Shown one piece after another: positions 10,295 through 19,731 of a DNA stretch of 64,000 nt (position 1 is the first letter of the stretch; every line of letters starts with the position of its first letter). The notes under the pieces are model-generated. The model was not told where the DNA came from. It did not search any database and saw only the letters and a list, made by a program, of their open reading frames with translations. This DNA is from an uncultured bacterium (GTDB lineage: Bacteria; AUK180), in the NCBI GenBank assembly GCA_937863565.1, contig CALMGJ010000038.1:1-64000 (forward strand), written 5' to 3'. The position numbers were made by a program, and so were the translations under genes.

Positions 10295-10959
10295 TGAATA
10301 ATATCTGTAAAAAACGCATCATCCTTTTCGGGCCTCCGGGTTCGGGTAAGGGCACCCAGGCGGAACTTCTGAAAACGCGTTACGGCTACCTGCACTATTC
10401 TACGGGGGAGATACTCCGCGAGAGCGTGCGGAAAAAAAGCCCGCTCGGCGACAAGGTGCGCGATATTCTCAACCGCGGCGATCTCGTTTCGGACGATATT
10501 ATGAAAGAGATCATCGCCGAGAAATTCGCATCAATACCTCCGCAGGAGGCGTTCATCCTGGACGGATATCCCCGCACACTGCCTCAGGCCGACGATCTCG
10601 CGCGGATTGAGGAAAAAACCGGAATAAAAATGGATATCGCTCTTTATATCAATGTTGATGACAGGGCGATCATCGACCGTGTTTCTAAAAGAAGGATGTG
10701 CCGAGACTGCGGCTGCGTATACAATACCGATACATCTCCTTCCAAGAAGGAAGGCATTTGCGATAAATGCGGCGGCGCTCTCTACCAGCGGGATGATGAC
10801 AAGAAAGAGGCCGTTACGCACCGGCTCGAGGTTTACAGAGAGCAGACGTCCCCGCTTATCGACTTTTACAGTAAACGGGGGCTTCTGAAGGAAATAGACG
10901 GCAACGAGATGATAGACAGCATCTTTAAAGTTGTTGAAAGGACCGTATCATGCCCCTGA
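10294..10959 (+). CDS. adk: Adenylate kinase with Zn-finger lid
   Basis: GPPGSGKGTQ, LDGYPRT, CRDC..CDKC and QRDDD motifs. Confidence 0.98.
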   Translation: MNNICKKRIILFGPPGSGKGTQAELLKTRYGYLHYSTGEILRESVRKKSPLGDKVRDILNRGDLVSDDIMKEIIAEKFASIPPQEAFILDGYPRTLPQADDLARIEEKTGIKMDIALYINVDDRAIIDRVSKRRMCRDCGCVYNTDTSPSKKEGICDKCGGALYQRDDDKKEAVTHRLEVYREQTSPLIDFYSKRGLLKEIDGNEMIDSIFKVVERTVSCP

Positions 10960-11696
10960 TAAAGACTCCCGGAGAGATCGAGAAAATGAAAAAGGCGGGG
11001 CATGAGCTCTTTCGCGTAATGGAAGGCCTTGAAGAAAAGGTCGTTCCCGGCATTTCAACGCTGGAATTGAACGATCTTATCGAGGAACGTATCCGCTCGA
11101 TACCGGCCACCCCCGCATTTCTCGGCTATAACGGATTCCCCGCAGCGGCTTGCATATCTCTTAACGAAGAAGTCGTCCACGGCATCCCCGACAAAAAGAG
11201 GATAATCGCCGAGGGAGATCTCGTGAAGATCGATGTGGGGCTGATCCTCGAGGAAGTGTACGCAGATATGGCGAGAAGCTACGTGGCGGGTACGGATAAC
11301 GGGAAGAAACAGGCTTTGATAGAGGCCGCCAAGGCCTCATGCGAGCGTGCCGGCGAGCTTTCATCTGACGGGGCTAAACTCGGCACTCTGGGTTCAGAGA
11401 TACAGCAGATAGCGGAATCCAGAGGTTTCAGCGTAGTCAGGGATTATGTGGGCCACGGGATCGGAGAACATCTTCACGAGGATCCCCAGGTACCCAATTA
11501 CGGGATCAGGGATACCGGCTTCGCCCTCAAAGAGGGCATGGTGATATGCATCGAACCTATGGTCAATGCGGGCGGTTTCGCCGTTTCGACGCGCGCGGAC
11601 GGCTGGACAGTGGAAACAAAAGATAAAAGCCTTTCGGCCCATTGGGAGAATATGTACCTCGTGGGAAAGGACAGAGGCATCAGAATAAATATATGA
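10950..11696 (+). CDS. map: Type I methionine aminopeptidase
   Basis: CISLNEEVVHGIP, GHGIG..LHEDP, IEPM and SAHWE motifs. Confidence 0.98.
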   Translation: MPLIKTPGEIEKMKKAGHELFRVMEGLEEKVVPGISTLELNDLIEERIRSIPATPAFLGYNGFPAAACISLNEEVVHGIPDKKRIIAEGDLVKIDVGLILEEVYADMARSYVAGTDNGKKQALIEAAKASCERAGELSSDGAKLGTLGSEIQQIAESRGFSVVRDYVGHGIGEHLHEDPQVPNYGIRDTGFALKEGMVICIEPMVNAGGFAVSTRADGWTVETKDKSLSAHWENMYLVGKDRGIRINI

Positions 11697-11911
11697 GTTC
11701 GAACAATGATAAATTCGTCTTAGGAGGAGAAGTGCTGCTGCAGCTCCCGAGCACCGTTTTCAGAGTAAAACTCGAGAACGGGATCGTTATCGACTGCACG
11801 ATATCGGGAAAGATGAGGCTTAACTTCATCAAACTGAATCCCGGCGACAAGGTGATAGTCGAAATAAGCAAATATGATGTGACCAAAGGAAGGATCATCA
11901 GGAGAGGTTAA
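11693..11911 (+). CDS. infA: Translation initiation factor IF-1
   Basis: ATGA overlap with map stop; FRVKLENG, ISGKMR and PGDKV.VE.S.YD.TKGRI motifs. Confidence 0.96.
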   Translation: MSSNNDKFVLGGEVLLQLPSTVFRVKLENGIVIDCTISGKMRLNFIKLNPGDKVIVEISKYDVTKGRIIRRG

Positions 11912-12028
11912 ATGAAAGTCAAAGCGTCCATCAAGAAAAGATGTGAATTCTGCAAAGTGATCAAGAGGAACGGAGTAGTTATGATAATCTGCTCGCGCAA
12001 CCCCAACCACAAGCAAAAGCAAGGTTAA
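11912..12028 (+). CDS. rpmJ: 50S ribosomal protein L36 (38 aa, zinc-binding type)
   Basis: Manual translation [38 protein letters not shown]; below the ORF-track cutoff. Confidence 0.97.
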   Translation: MKVKASIKKRCEFCKVIKRNGVVMIICSRNPNHKQKQG

Positions 12029-12043
12029 TATTAGGAGGTAAAT

Positions 12044-12463
12044 GTGGCAAGAATTGCTGGTGTTGAAATCCCCAAGAACAAGAAAGTGACGGTCGGCCTG
12101 ACCTATATATTCGGCATAGGGATGACCACGTCAAAAAAGATCATCGAAAAAGCGAAGATAGACCCCGATAAAAAAGTGAAGGACCTGACCGAGGAAGAGA
12201 TCCAGAGGATCAGGACCATCATCGAGAATGAATGCAAAGTCGAGGGTGATCTGAGGACCGAAGTGATGATGAACATCAGAAGGTTAAGGGAAATTGGATG
12301 CTACAGAGGCATCAGGCATATGAGGAAACTTCCCGTGAGGGGCCAGAACACGCAGGCCAATGCGAGAACGCACAAGGGACCGAGGCCCGCGATCGGCGGC
12401 AGAAAGAAAGTGGCCGGCGGCGCTGCACCCGCACCATCCGCACCTGCTAAAGGAGGCAAATAA
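12044..12463 (+). CDS. rpsM: 30S ribosomal protein S13, with Ala/Pro-rich C-terminal tail
   Basis: GTG after [20 protein letters not shown] and YRGIRH..LPVRGQ motifs. Confidence 0.98.
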   Translation: MARIAGVEIPKNKKVTVGLTYIFGIGMTTSKKIIEKAKIDPDKKVKDLTEEEIQRIRTIIENECKVEGDLRTEVMMNIRRLREIGCYRGIRHMRKLPVRGQNTQANARTHKGPRPAIGGRKKVAGGAAPAPSAPAKGGK

Positions 12464-12861
12464 TGGCTACCGAAAAGAAAGTGAAAACACAGAAGAAGGA
12501 AAAGAAAAGATCGCTATTGGAAGGTGTTTTCCACATACAGGCTTCATTCAACAATACGATAGTCACACTCACCGACAATGACGGCAATACGCTGGCCTGG
12601 GCCAGCTGCGGCGGCGTCGGGTTCAAGGGATCGAAAAAAAGCACGCCGTATGCAGCGGGCAAAGCGGCCGAGAAGGTCGCGATCTATGCCGTGAACAATT
12701 TCGGCCTGAAAAGGGCCAATGTTTATATTAAGGGCCCCGGCTCCGGAAGGGACACGGCGCTGCGTTCAATCGCTGCCGCCGGTATCAGCATAGGCTATAT
12801 TGAGGACATCACGCCGGTGCCACATAATGGCTGCAAACCCAGGAAAAGAAGAAGAGTATAA
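12463..12861 (+). CDS. rpsK: 30S ribosomal protein S11
   Basis: ASFNNTIVT, KSTPYAA, GPGSGR and TPVPHNGC motifs. Confidence 0.98.
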   Translation: MATEKKVKTQKKEKKRSLLEGVFHIQASFNNTIVTLTDNDGNTLAWASCGGVGFKGSKKSTPYAAGKAAEKVAIYAVNNFGLKRANVYIKGPGSGRDTALRSIAAAGISIGYIEDITPVPHNGCKPRKRRRV

Positions 12862-12872
12862 GGAGGACGATC

Positions 12873-13526
12873 ATGTCAAAGCATATAGGACCCGCCTGCA
12901 GGCTCTGCAGAAGAGAACAGAAAAAACTCGAACTGAAATCGGATAAATGCTTCTCGGGAAAATGCCCTCTGGAAGGAAGCAAATCAAAAAAGCCCCGCGG
13001 CACCCCGGGCATGACCTCTAAATTCAAAAGAAGACTGACCGACTACGGAGTGCAGCTCAGGGAAAAACAGATCTTGAAAAGATATTACCTGTTGACCGAA
13101 ACTCAGTTCTCAGGATATGTGAAAAAAGCCCAGAATTTCGAGGGGATAACGGCCATGCATCTTTTCAGGCTCTTAGAGAGCAGATTCGATGTCGTTGTTT
13201 ACAGGCTCGGCATCGGGCATTCTAAAAAACACGCAAGGCAGCTTATCGGCCACGGATATTTCCTTGTCAATAAAAAGAAGGTGAACATACCTTCCTATAT
13301 CATAAAGCCCGGCGATGTGATCGAGTTCAGAAAAGAGATCACCGAAAAAAGGAATGTGAAGGACGCCGTTGAAAGCATAGACGAAGGCAACCTTCCCGCA
13401 TGGCTGAAGATAAACAAGAACGCGCTCACCTTCAGGATGGAAGAAGCACCCAAGGGAGAGGACATCAAAACAAGGTTCTTTCCCGAACTGAGGGAAAGCC
13501 TCATAGTCGAATTCTATTCAAGATAA
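12873..13526 (+). CDS. rpsD: 30S ribosomal protein S4
   Basis: CRLCRRE, DYGVQLREKQ, LESRFD..VYRLG and IVEFYSR motifs. Confidence 0.98.
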   Translation: MSKHIGPACRLCRREQKKLELKSDKCFSGKCPLEGSKSKKPRGTPGMTSKFKRRLTDYGVQLREKQILKRYYLLTETQFSGYVKKAQNFEGITAMHLFRLLESRFDVVVYRLGIGHSKKHARQLIGHGYFLVNKKKVNIPSYIIKPGDVIEFRKEITEKRNVKDAVESIDEGNLPAWLKINKNALTFRMEEAPKGEDIKTRFFPELRESLIVEFYSR

Positions 13527-13539
13527 AAAGGAGAAATAT

Positions 13540-14523
13540 ATGACGATGAACTGGGATTTCATAAAAAAACCTAACGGGTTCAAGATCGAAGAGAACAAAG
13601 CCGACGAAGGATATATTAAAGTATCCGTGGAACCTCTGATGAGGGGATACGGGAATACCGTAGGCAACGCGCTCCGGAGGATACTGCTTTCCTCGATGGA
13701 GGGCTCCGCGATTTACGGATTCATGATGGACGGCGTTGAACATCCCCTTTCCACGGTGGACGGGGTCGTTGAGGACACCACTCAGATCATCCTCAACCTC
13801 AAGAACGTAAGACTGTCATGTGTTGATGATGAGGCCGAAGTGAGGATAAAAAGAAAAGGGCCCGTGATCATCACGGCTGGCGATCTCGAAAAGGAGAATT
13901 CCAAAGTCCACGTCGTCAATAAAAATCTCGAGATCATCAATATAACGGCGAAAAGAGAAGTAGATGTTACTCTCTATATTAAAAAGAACGTTAATTTCGA
14001 GATCTCGGACAACATCGCTACGGAAGGCAAACCCGTGGGATTCATTCCCGTTGACGCGCTCTTCTCTCCCGTAACCAAGGTCAAGTACGATGTGATCGAA
14101 GATATACGCGTAGGCACCGAGAGGAATTACGAGAAAGTCATATTCGAGATCTGGCATGACAGGACCATGAATGGCGAGAACTTCATACCGTTCGCCGGCA
14201 AGATAGCAAAAGACATCTTTGGGGCTCTGATCAACTTCGATGACGAGGATGAGAAGGTAGCGCCCAAGGCCGTGTCCAAAAAGGCGCAGTCGGATCCGAT
14301 GGACGAGATACTCGATAAGGACATAGATGAACTCGAACTCTCCAAAAGACCCGCCAACTGCCTGCGCTCGTCCAACGTGAACAAGATCAAACAATTGGTC
14401 TCGATGACTCGCGACGAGCTGATGAAGATGAAGAACCTCGGTTCTAAATCGCTGAAAGAGATAGAGGAAAAACTCAAACAGAGGAATCTTTATCTCGGAA
14501 TGAACATTAAAAAGAGAGGATAA
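13540..14523 (+). CDS. rpoA: RNA polymerase subunit alpha
   Basis: EPL.RGYG.TVGNALRRILLSS, PVDALFSPV and NLGSKSLKEI motifs. Confidence 0.98.
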   Translation: MTMNWDFIKKPNGFKIEENKADEGYIKVSVEPLMRGYGNTVGNALRRILLSSMEGSAIYGFMMDGVEHPLSTVDGVVEDTTQIILNLKNVRLSCVDDEAEVRIKRKGPVIITAGDLEKENSKVHVVNKNLEIINITAKREVDVTLYIKKNVNFEISDNIATEGKPVGFIPVDALFSPVTKVKYDVIEDIRVGTERNYEKVIFEIWHDRTMNGENFIPFAGKIAKDIFGALINFDDEDEKVAPKAVSKKAQSDPMDEILDKDIDELELSKRPANCLRSSNVNKIKQLVSMTRDELMKMKNLGSKSLKEIEEKLKQRNLYLGMNIKKRG

Positions 14524-14530
14524 TGAAATT

Positions 14531-15070
14531 ATGAGACACCGCAAGAATATCGCGAAGCTGGGCCGCCCCGCCGCGCACAGGAAAGCGCTTTTAAGAACGC
14601 TCGTGGATAATCTCATCATTCACGGAACGATAGAGACCACGGTCGTAAAGGCGAAGGAATTAAAAAGATACACTGATAATTTCCTTTCCAAGATGCGCCG
14701 CAATGACCTGGCCGCAAAAAGAAGGGCACAGAGGATACTGAGAACAAAAACAGCTTTCCAGAAGATTTTCACGCCCGAGTTCATGGAATTCCTAAATTCC
14801 CGCGCCGGCGGATATGTGAGGGTGTTGAAAACGGATTACAGAGCCGGCGATGCAGCTCCCCTTGCCATTATAGAGCTCACCGGAAAATTCGATGCGAAAT
14901 CCTCGGAAAAACCCAAAGCGGTAAAAAAAGCCCCCGCCGCCAAGAAGGAAACCGCCGAAAAGAAAACGGTAAAAAAAGAAGCGGTTAAAAAGGAAGAGAA
15001 AAAAGATGCTTCCCCGAAAGAACCCGCGGCTGGAAAAAAGGAAAATACGAATACAGAGAAGAAAGAGTAA
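14531..15070 (+). CDS. rplQ: 50S ribosomal protein L17 with Lys/Glu/Ala-rich C-terminal extension
   Basis: MRHR, LGR..AHRKA, IETT..KAKE and GGY.R..K...R.GD.A motifs. Confidence 0.97.
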   Translation: MRHRKNIAKLGRPAAHRKALLRTLVDNLIIHGTIETTVVKAKELKRYTDNFLSKMRRNDLAAKRRAQRILRTKTAFQKIFTPEFMEFLNSRAGGYVRVLKTDYRAGDAAPLAIIELTGKFDAKSSEKPKAVKKAPAAKKETAEKKTVKKEAVKKEEKKDASPKEPAAGKKENTNTEKKE

Positions 15071-15076
15071 AGGCCG

Positions 15077-16279
15077 ATGCATAATATCGATCTGATCGAG
15101 ATATTGGCGGAGAAAACCGGATCAAAAATTGCGCATATCGTGTTGGACGGACTCGGTGATATACACCGCACGGATTCACCGAGCCCTCTTGAGGCTGCGA
15201 ACACGCCCAATCTTGACGCTTTGGCCGTACATTCTTCGCTGGGCGTTGCCGATCCGATCTTTCCCGGCGTAACTCCCGGGAGCGGCCCCGGCCATCTTGC
15301 CCTTTTCGGTTACGATCCGCTGAAGAATAATATAGGTCGCGGCGTACTCGAAGCCCTCGGCATAGGTCTTGAACTTAAAAAGGACGCGCTTTACACGAGG
15401 GGGAACTTCTGCATCATCGATGATAAAAAGATCATTACAGACCGCCGTGCAGGAAGAATATCCACCGAAGAGAACGCCAAAATATGCGAAAAGATCAATA
15501 TGGCGCTTTCCGGGTACAAGGATACTCAAGCTAAAGTGTTCCCCGTGAAGGACCACAGATTCGTCGTGGAATTCCTCGATGCGAAGATGGATCCCGGACT
15601 TACCGATGCGGACGCTCAGAAAGAAGGCCGTATGTATAAGTACGCGGAGGCGGTCCATGCCAAAGCGGAATATGCGAAAGAAAAGGTCAATAACTTCATC
15701 GATTTCATCCTTGATACGCTCAAGGGAGACAAGGTGAACGGCATTCTTCTGAGGGGATTCGCCAGGGACCCCGGACTCAGCGGTTTTGCGGAACGTTTCA
15801 AGCTCAATGCCGCCGCGATCGCACAGTACCCGATGTACAAAGGCCTGGCGAGCCTTGTCCGCATGAAACTTCTCGATGCGGGGGAGGCAATGACCGACAT
15901 CCCGTCCGCTCTTGAAGAGCATTTTAAGGATTTCGATTATTTTTTTATTCATGTCAAAAAGACCGACTCATACGGCGAAGACGGCAATTTTGAGGGGAAG
16001 AAACATATCATTGAGGAGTTTGACGCCGTGCTTCCCCGCATCCTCGCGCTTGCACCGGATTCGCTCATCATTACAGGCGATCATTCAACGCCATTCTCGA
16101 TGAAATCTCATTCATGGCATCCGGTACCCGTTCTGCTCCATTCTAAATATGCGATCCATGACGAGATGACCTTCAATGAAAGGAACGCGGCACGCGGTTC
16201 GCTGGGGCGTTTTAATGCCATCTACGAGATCCCTCTTCTGATGGCTCATGCGGGCAAACTCGCGAAGTACGGCGCTTAA
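15077..16279 (+). CDS. apgM: 2,3-BPG-independent phosphoglycerate mutase, archaeal (ApgM) type
   Basis: LDGLGD, TPNLD, PGSGPGHLALFGYDP, DRRAGRI, TGDHSTP and HSWHPVP motifs. Confidence 0.92.
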   Translation: MHNIDLIEILAEKTGSKIAHIVLDGLGDIHRTDSPSPLEAANTPNLDALAVHSSLGVADPIFPGVTPGSGPGHLALFGYDPLKNNIGRGVLEALGIGLELKKDALYTRGNFCIIDDKKIITDRRAGRISTEENAKICEKINMALSGYKDTQAKVFPVKDHRFVVEFLDAKMDPGLTDADAQKEGRMYKYAEAVHAKAEYAKEKVNNFIDFILDTLKGDKVNGILLRGFARDPGLSGFAERFKLNAAAIAQYPMYKGLASLVRMKLLDAGEAMTDIPSALEEHFKDFDYFFIHVKKTDSYGEDGNFEGKKHIIEEFDAVLPRILALAPDSLIITGDHSTPFSMKSHSWHPVPVLLHSKYAIHDEMTFNERNAARGSLGRFNAIYEIPLLMAHAGKLAKYGA

Positions 16280-16330
16280 GAACCTAATAACCGGAGATCC
16301 CCGGATAAAATATCAGTTGTTTAAAAAGGT

Positions 16331-17758
16331 TTGGAAGTGACGGAACTGACAGTATCCGATGTAAAAAGAACACTTATTAAAATGGCCGTTCCGATGCTGG
16401 CCGGCACTTTCGCGATGAACACGTACAATTTCGTTGATACGTGGTTCGTATCGAAATTGGGTACAGTTCCTCTGGCTGCCATGGGCTTCACTTTTCCCGT
16501 CGTCATGCTTCTGAGGTTCATCGTAAGCGGAATCGGTACCGGAGTCACGACACTGACATCCCATGCTCTGGGCCGCCGCGACCGGGACGGAGCATCAAGG
16601 TTCGTGACCCACGGAATGATCCTGATCTTCATGCTGTCGGCAATTCTTGCAGTGCTGGGTTCGCTAACGATCGTTCCGCTTTTCAGACGGCTTGGTGCGG
16701 ACGAGACCACGCTTCCCTATGTGGCAACATACATGCGCATCTGGTATTTCGGGGCGCTTTTCATGGCCGCACCGATGATGGGCAACGGCATACTCATTTC
16801 GCTTAATGATTCAAAGACCGCGGGCCGCGTCATGATGATCGGCCCCGTCCTCAACTGCATACTCGATCCGATCTTCATATTCGGGCTCTTCGGCCTTCCC
16901 GCGCTGGGGATATTCGGAGCCGCTTTGGCCACTATTCTGGCCCAGGCCGTTCAATCCGTCATCCTTTTCCGTATCCTTGTAAGCAAATACCGCATGCTCG
17001 TTTTCAGGGGATTCAGATTTCCCGACTTTGGGACATCTTGCGTAAGGATAATGGATTTCGCGATCCCCGGAAGCCTGAGCATGATGCTGATGCCGATATC
17101 CGCCGGCATTATAACGGCTCTGGTAAGTAGGCACGGAACGGCGGCCGTTGCTGCGATCAGCGCTGCCGGACGGATCGAAATGCTGGCCTTTGTTATACCG
17201 ATGGCGCTCGGCATGTCCCTTACGCCGTTCGTGAGCCAGAATTACGGTGCCGGACGCATGCACCGGATATACGATGCTAAAAAATATTCCACAAGATTCG
17301 CATTTTTCTACGGCGCATTCATCTCGGTAGTTTTTTTCATTGCCGCCCCGGTCATGGCGGCTATTTTCACAAAGGACCCGCGCGTCGAAGAGATCTTCAT
17401 TCTCTATGTGCGGACGATCTCATTCGGATACGGGATGATGGAGATCCACCGCTACTCGGGGTTCTTCCTGACAGGGATACACCGCCCAATGCTCGCGACC
17501 GCCGTAAATGCAGTCCGCGTGGTCGCGCTGCTCATACCGCTCTCTTTTCTCGGCAATAAGCTATACGGCATACTTGGGATATTCGGCGGCCGTCTTCTTA
17601 CCGACATTGCGGCCGGCTGCATAGGGCTTCTGTGGGTAACGCGGTTGCTGGGGAATATGAAAGAGATCGAGCCTGGAACGGATGGAATAAGGATAAACGG
17701 TGCTGGAGACGGCGAAGGGGAGATCTCTACCTGCAGGAGAAGTACTTCAGAAGAATGA
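16331..17758 (+). CDS. MATE family efflux transporter (start uncertain)
   Basis: YNFVDTWFVSKLG..LAA, LNCILDPIFIFG..GI.GAALAT and QNYGAG motifs; about 12 hydrophobic segments. Confidence 0.92.
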   Translation: MEVTELTVSDVKRTLIKMAVPMLAGTFAMNTYNFVDTWFVSKLGTVPLAAMGFTFPVVMLLRFIVSGIGTGVTTLTSHALGRRDRDGASRFVTHGMILIFMLSAILAVLGSLTIVPLFRRLGADETTLPYVATYMRIWYFGALFMAAPMMGNGILISLNDSKTAGRVMMIGPVLNCILDPIFIFGLFGLPALGIFGAALATILAQAVQSVILFRILVSKYRMLVFRGFRFPDFGTSCVRIMDFAIPGSLSMMLMPISAGIITALVSRHGTAAVAAISAAGRIEMLAFVIPMALGMSLTPFVSQNYGAGRMHRIYDAKKYSTRFAFFYGAFISVVFFIAAPVMAAIFTKDPRVEEIFILYVRTISFGYGMMEIHRYSGFFLTGIHRPMLATAVNAVRVVALLIPLSFLGNKLYGILGIFGGRLLTDIAAGCIGLLWVTRLLGNMKEIEPGTDGIRINGAGDGEGEISTCRRSTSEE

Positions 17759-18668
17759 AGAACATCGGCATCGTGATCATTGCCAGAAGATAACTTGCGA
17801 TCATCGCGGGATAAACGAATTTCCGCGCATCATGCTCCGGGCAATAGCGCTCGAAAATAATGGCGAGATTGTTCGCCGGCGGCGTTATAAGAGCGAGCGA
17901 TAGGCAGATCGAAATAAGCGGATCCCCTGAAAACATATGGATGAAGAAGAGGAAAACGAGAGGTAACGCAATATTTTTCAGGATTAAAAACGCCGTGATA
18001 TCCCGACGGTGCTCTTTCGTTGATCTGATCTGGGAGAGTATTCCGCCGAGCACGACCATGGCGCCGTAGATCCCCATGGTACCTATGAATTTCAATCCCC
18101 TGAACACCTGCCCGGGAACATACTTCTTTACTCCGAGTATTCCGAGAATTATCGAAATAACCGTTATTAGAAAAGGAAGGGGGACGCTTTTCAAGGAGAA
18201 TTTGACCTTGCCGTCCGTCATGAGATATACACCTAAGGACCACATAAGAAGCATGAAAAGCATCGTATAAAGAAAATTGACGATCATCGCATTGTCCAGC
18301 TCCGGCCCGCGGAAGAATTCCAGGATCATGGGCAGAACTATATACCCGCTGTTCGTGAAAGAGAGCATTGCGATGAACTCCTTTCTGAACGCGATACCCA
18401 GCATTTTTCCGATAAAGATCCCGGCGGTCAGGGAAAGACCGATGAAAAGAACGGAAAAAAACGGGATAACAGAATAGGAGCGGAGAAGATCGAGGCTGAA
18501 TTTCTGCAGGAACGTATTCAGGATCATGCAGGGGATCAGTATATTGATAAAAAGGAAAGAGATCCATTTCAGATGAGCGGGGCTGATAATGAACCTGAAA
18601 AGGAAGTACCCGAACGCACCCAGGGCATATGTTTTAACGATGAAAGAAAATATTGCCGCATTTGTCAT
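17727..18668 (-). CDS. AEC (auxin efflux carrier) family transporter
   Basis: F.NSGY..LP, MVVLG, LKN..LP and PPANN motifs; polytopic membrane protein. Confidence 0.85.
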   Translation of the reverse strand: MTNAAIFSFIVKTYALGAFGYFLFRFIISPAHLKWISFLFINILIPCMILNTFLQKFSLDLLRSYSVIPFFSVLFIGLSLTAGIFIGKMLGIAFRKEFIAMLSFTNSGYIVLPMILEFFRGPELDNAMIVNFLYTMLFMLLMWSLGVYLMTDGKVKFSLKSVPLPFLITVISIILGILGVKKYVPGQVFRGLKFIGTMGIYGAMVVLGGILSQIRSTKEHRRDITAFLILKNIALPLVFLFFIHMFSGDPLISICLSLALITPPANNLAIIFERYCPEHDARKFVYPAMIASYLLAMITMPMFFILLKYFSCR

Positions 18669-18673
18669 ATGGT

Positions 18674-18702
18674 ATTATATAAAAGAAAGGCCGGAAATGC
18701 AA
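18674..18702 (-). promoter_or_regulatory. Sigma70-type promoter of the AEC gene, likely leaderless
   Basis: Minus strand TTGCAT-17 nt-TATAAT, then 5 nt to the ATG at 18668. Confidence 0.65.
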
Positions 18703-18707
18703 AAAAC

Positions 18708-18736
18708 TTGATTTCGCGAGGTATTTTTCTTATAAT
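18708..18736 (+). promoter_or_regulatory. Sigma70-type promoter of the TonB cluster
   Basis: TTGATT-17 nt-TATAAT; AGGAG before the ATG at 18754. Confidence 0.65.
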
Positions 18737-18753
18737 AAATAATAGGAGTTCTT

Positions 18754-19731
18754 ATGACCCCGAGTCAGAAAACGATAGTGATCATAGAGGTCGTTCTTAT
18801 AGTAATAGGCGGCATTCTCCTTGTTATGCCCGGAAAAAAAGTCGACCTTCAGCCATTATGGCAGGAATTTGAGGCTACCAATACAGAATACAACAGGTTA
18901 TCCGTGATGTCTTACAGGATAGTCGTACAGAATATGAAACCCGTACAGGTGAAATACAATACGATCATAGAAAAGTTCAATTCGAAAAAACCAGTTTATA
19001 ATGAGATCGTTGTTCTGGTCGAACAGTATAAAAAAGATCTGAAGAACCTTGCCGAACTGGTGGATATCTATGAGCCCCTGCTGAGAGAGTATCAAGAGAG
19101 CAAAGGTAAGCTTAGCCAGTTCATAAATACCAATTCCGCATTGATCGAAAAATCCGAATCGCTTGCAGGGCAGGTAGAGTCTTCCAAGAGCAATTTCGAG
19201 ATGCTGAACGAGAAGCTGCAGAGCGCATCGACGCTCGAGGAGCTTACATTCATTAAGGAAAAACTTGCGTCGGAGCTTGGGAGGATCAACTCACTTGAAT
19301 CTCTGGCGGAGAACGAGGCCTCGCGCATCAAGGCGGAAGAGCAGGCAGCGCTGGCGGCAAAAAAGAAAACGACAACACCGATCGTTAAAAAGACCGTCAC
19401 TCCGCCTAAACCCGTTGAAATTCCCGTTGAGAAACCAAAGGTGGAGGAACCGAAAGGAAAAACCGCACCTGCGAAACTCATGTACAAGGCTATGCCCGAT
19501 TATCCCGACAATATCAAGGAGATGGGTTTTGGCGGCCTGGTGAAGATAAAAGTAACGGTCACTGCGGACGGAAGGCCGAAAGACCCCAAGATCATCAGAA
19601 GTTCGGGCAATGACAGGCTTGACGCGAATTCGCTGCGCTCCTCGAAAGAATGCACATTCGAACCCGCCTACGACAACGGACAGAAGATCGAGAGCGAATT
19701 CATCATAGAATATGAGTTTAAGGCATATTAG
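18754..19731 (+). CDS. TonB-family protein (TM anchor, coiled coil, Pro-rich linker, TonB C domain)
   Basis: PDYP..IKEMG.GG.VKI...V..DG, SSG...LD..S and FEPA..NG..I motifs at the C-terminus. Confidence 0.85.
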   Translation: MTPSQKTIVIIEVVLIVIGGILLVMPGKKVDLQPLWQEFEATNTEYNRLSVMSYRIVVQNMKPVQVKYNTIIEKFNSKKPVYNEIVVLVEQYKKDLKNLAELVDIYEPLLREYQESKGKLSQFINTNSALIEKSESLAGQVESSKSNFEMLNEKLQSASTLEELTFIKEKLASELGRINSLESLAENEASRIKAEEQAALAAKKKTTTPIVKKTVTPPKPVEIPVEKPKVEEPKGKTAPAKLMYKAMPDYPDNIKEMGFGGLVKIKVTVTADGRPKDPKIIRSSGNDRLDANSLRSSKECTFEPAYDNGQKIESEFIIEYEFKAY

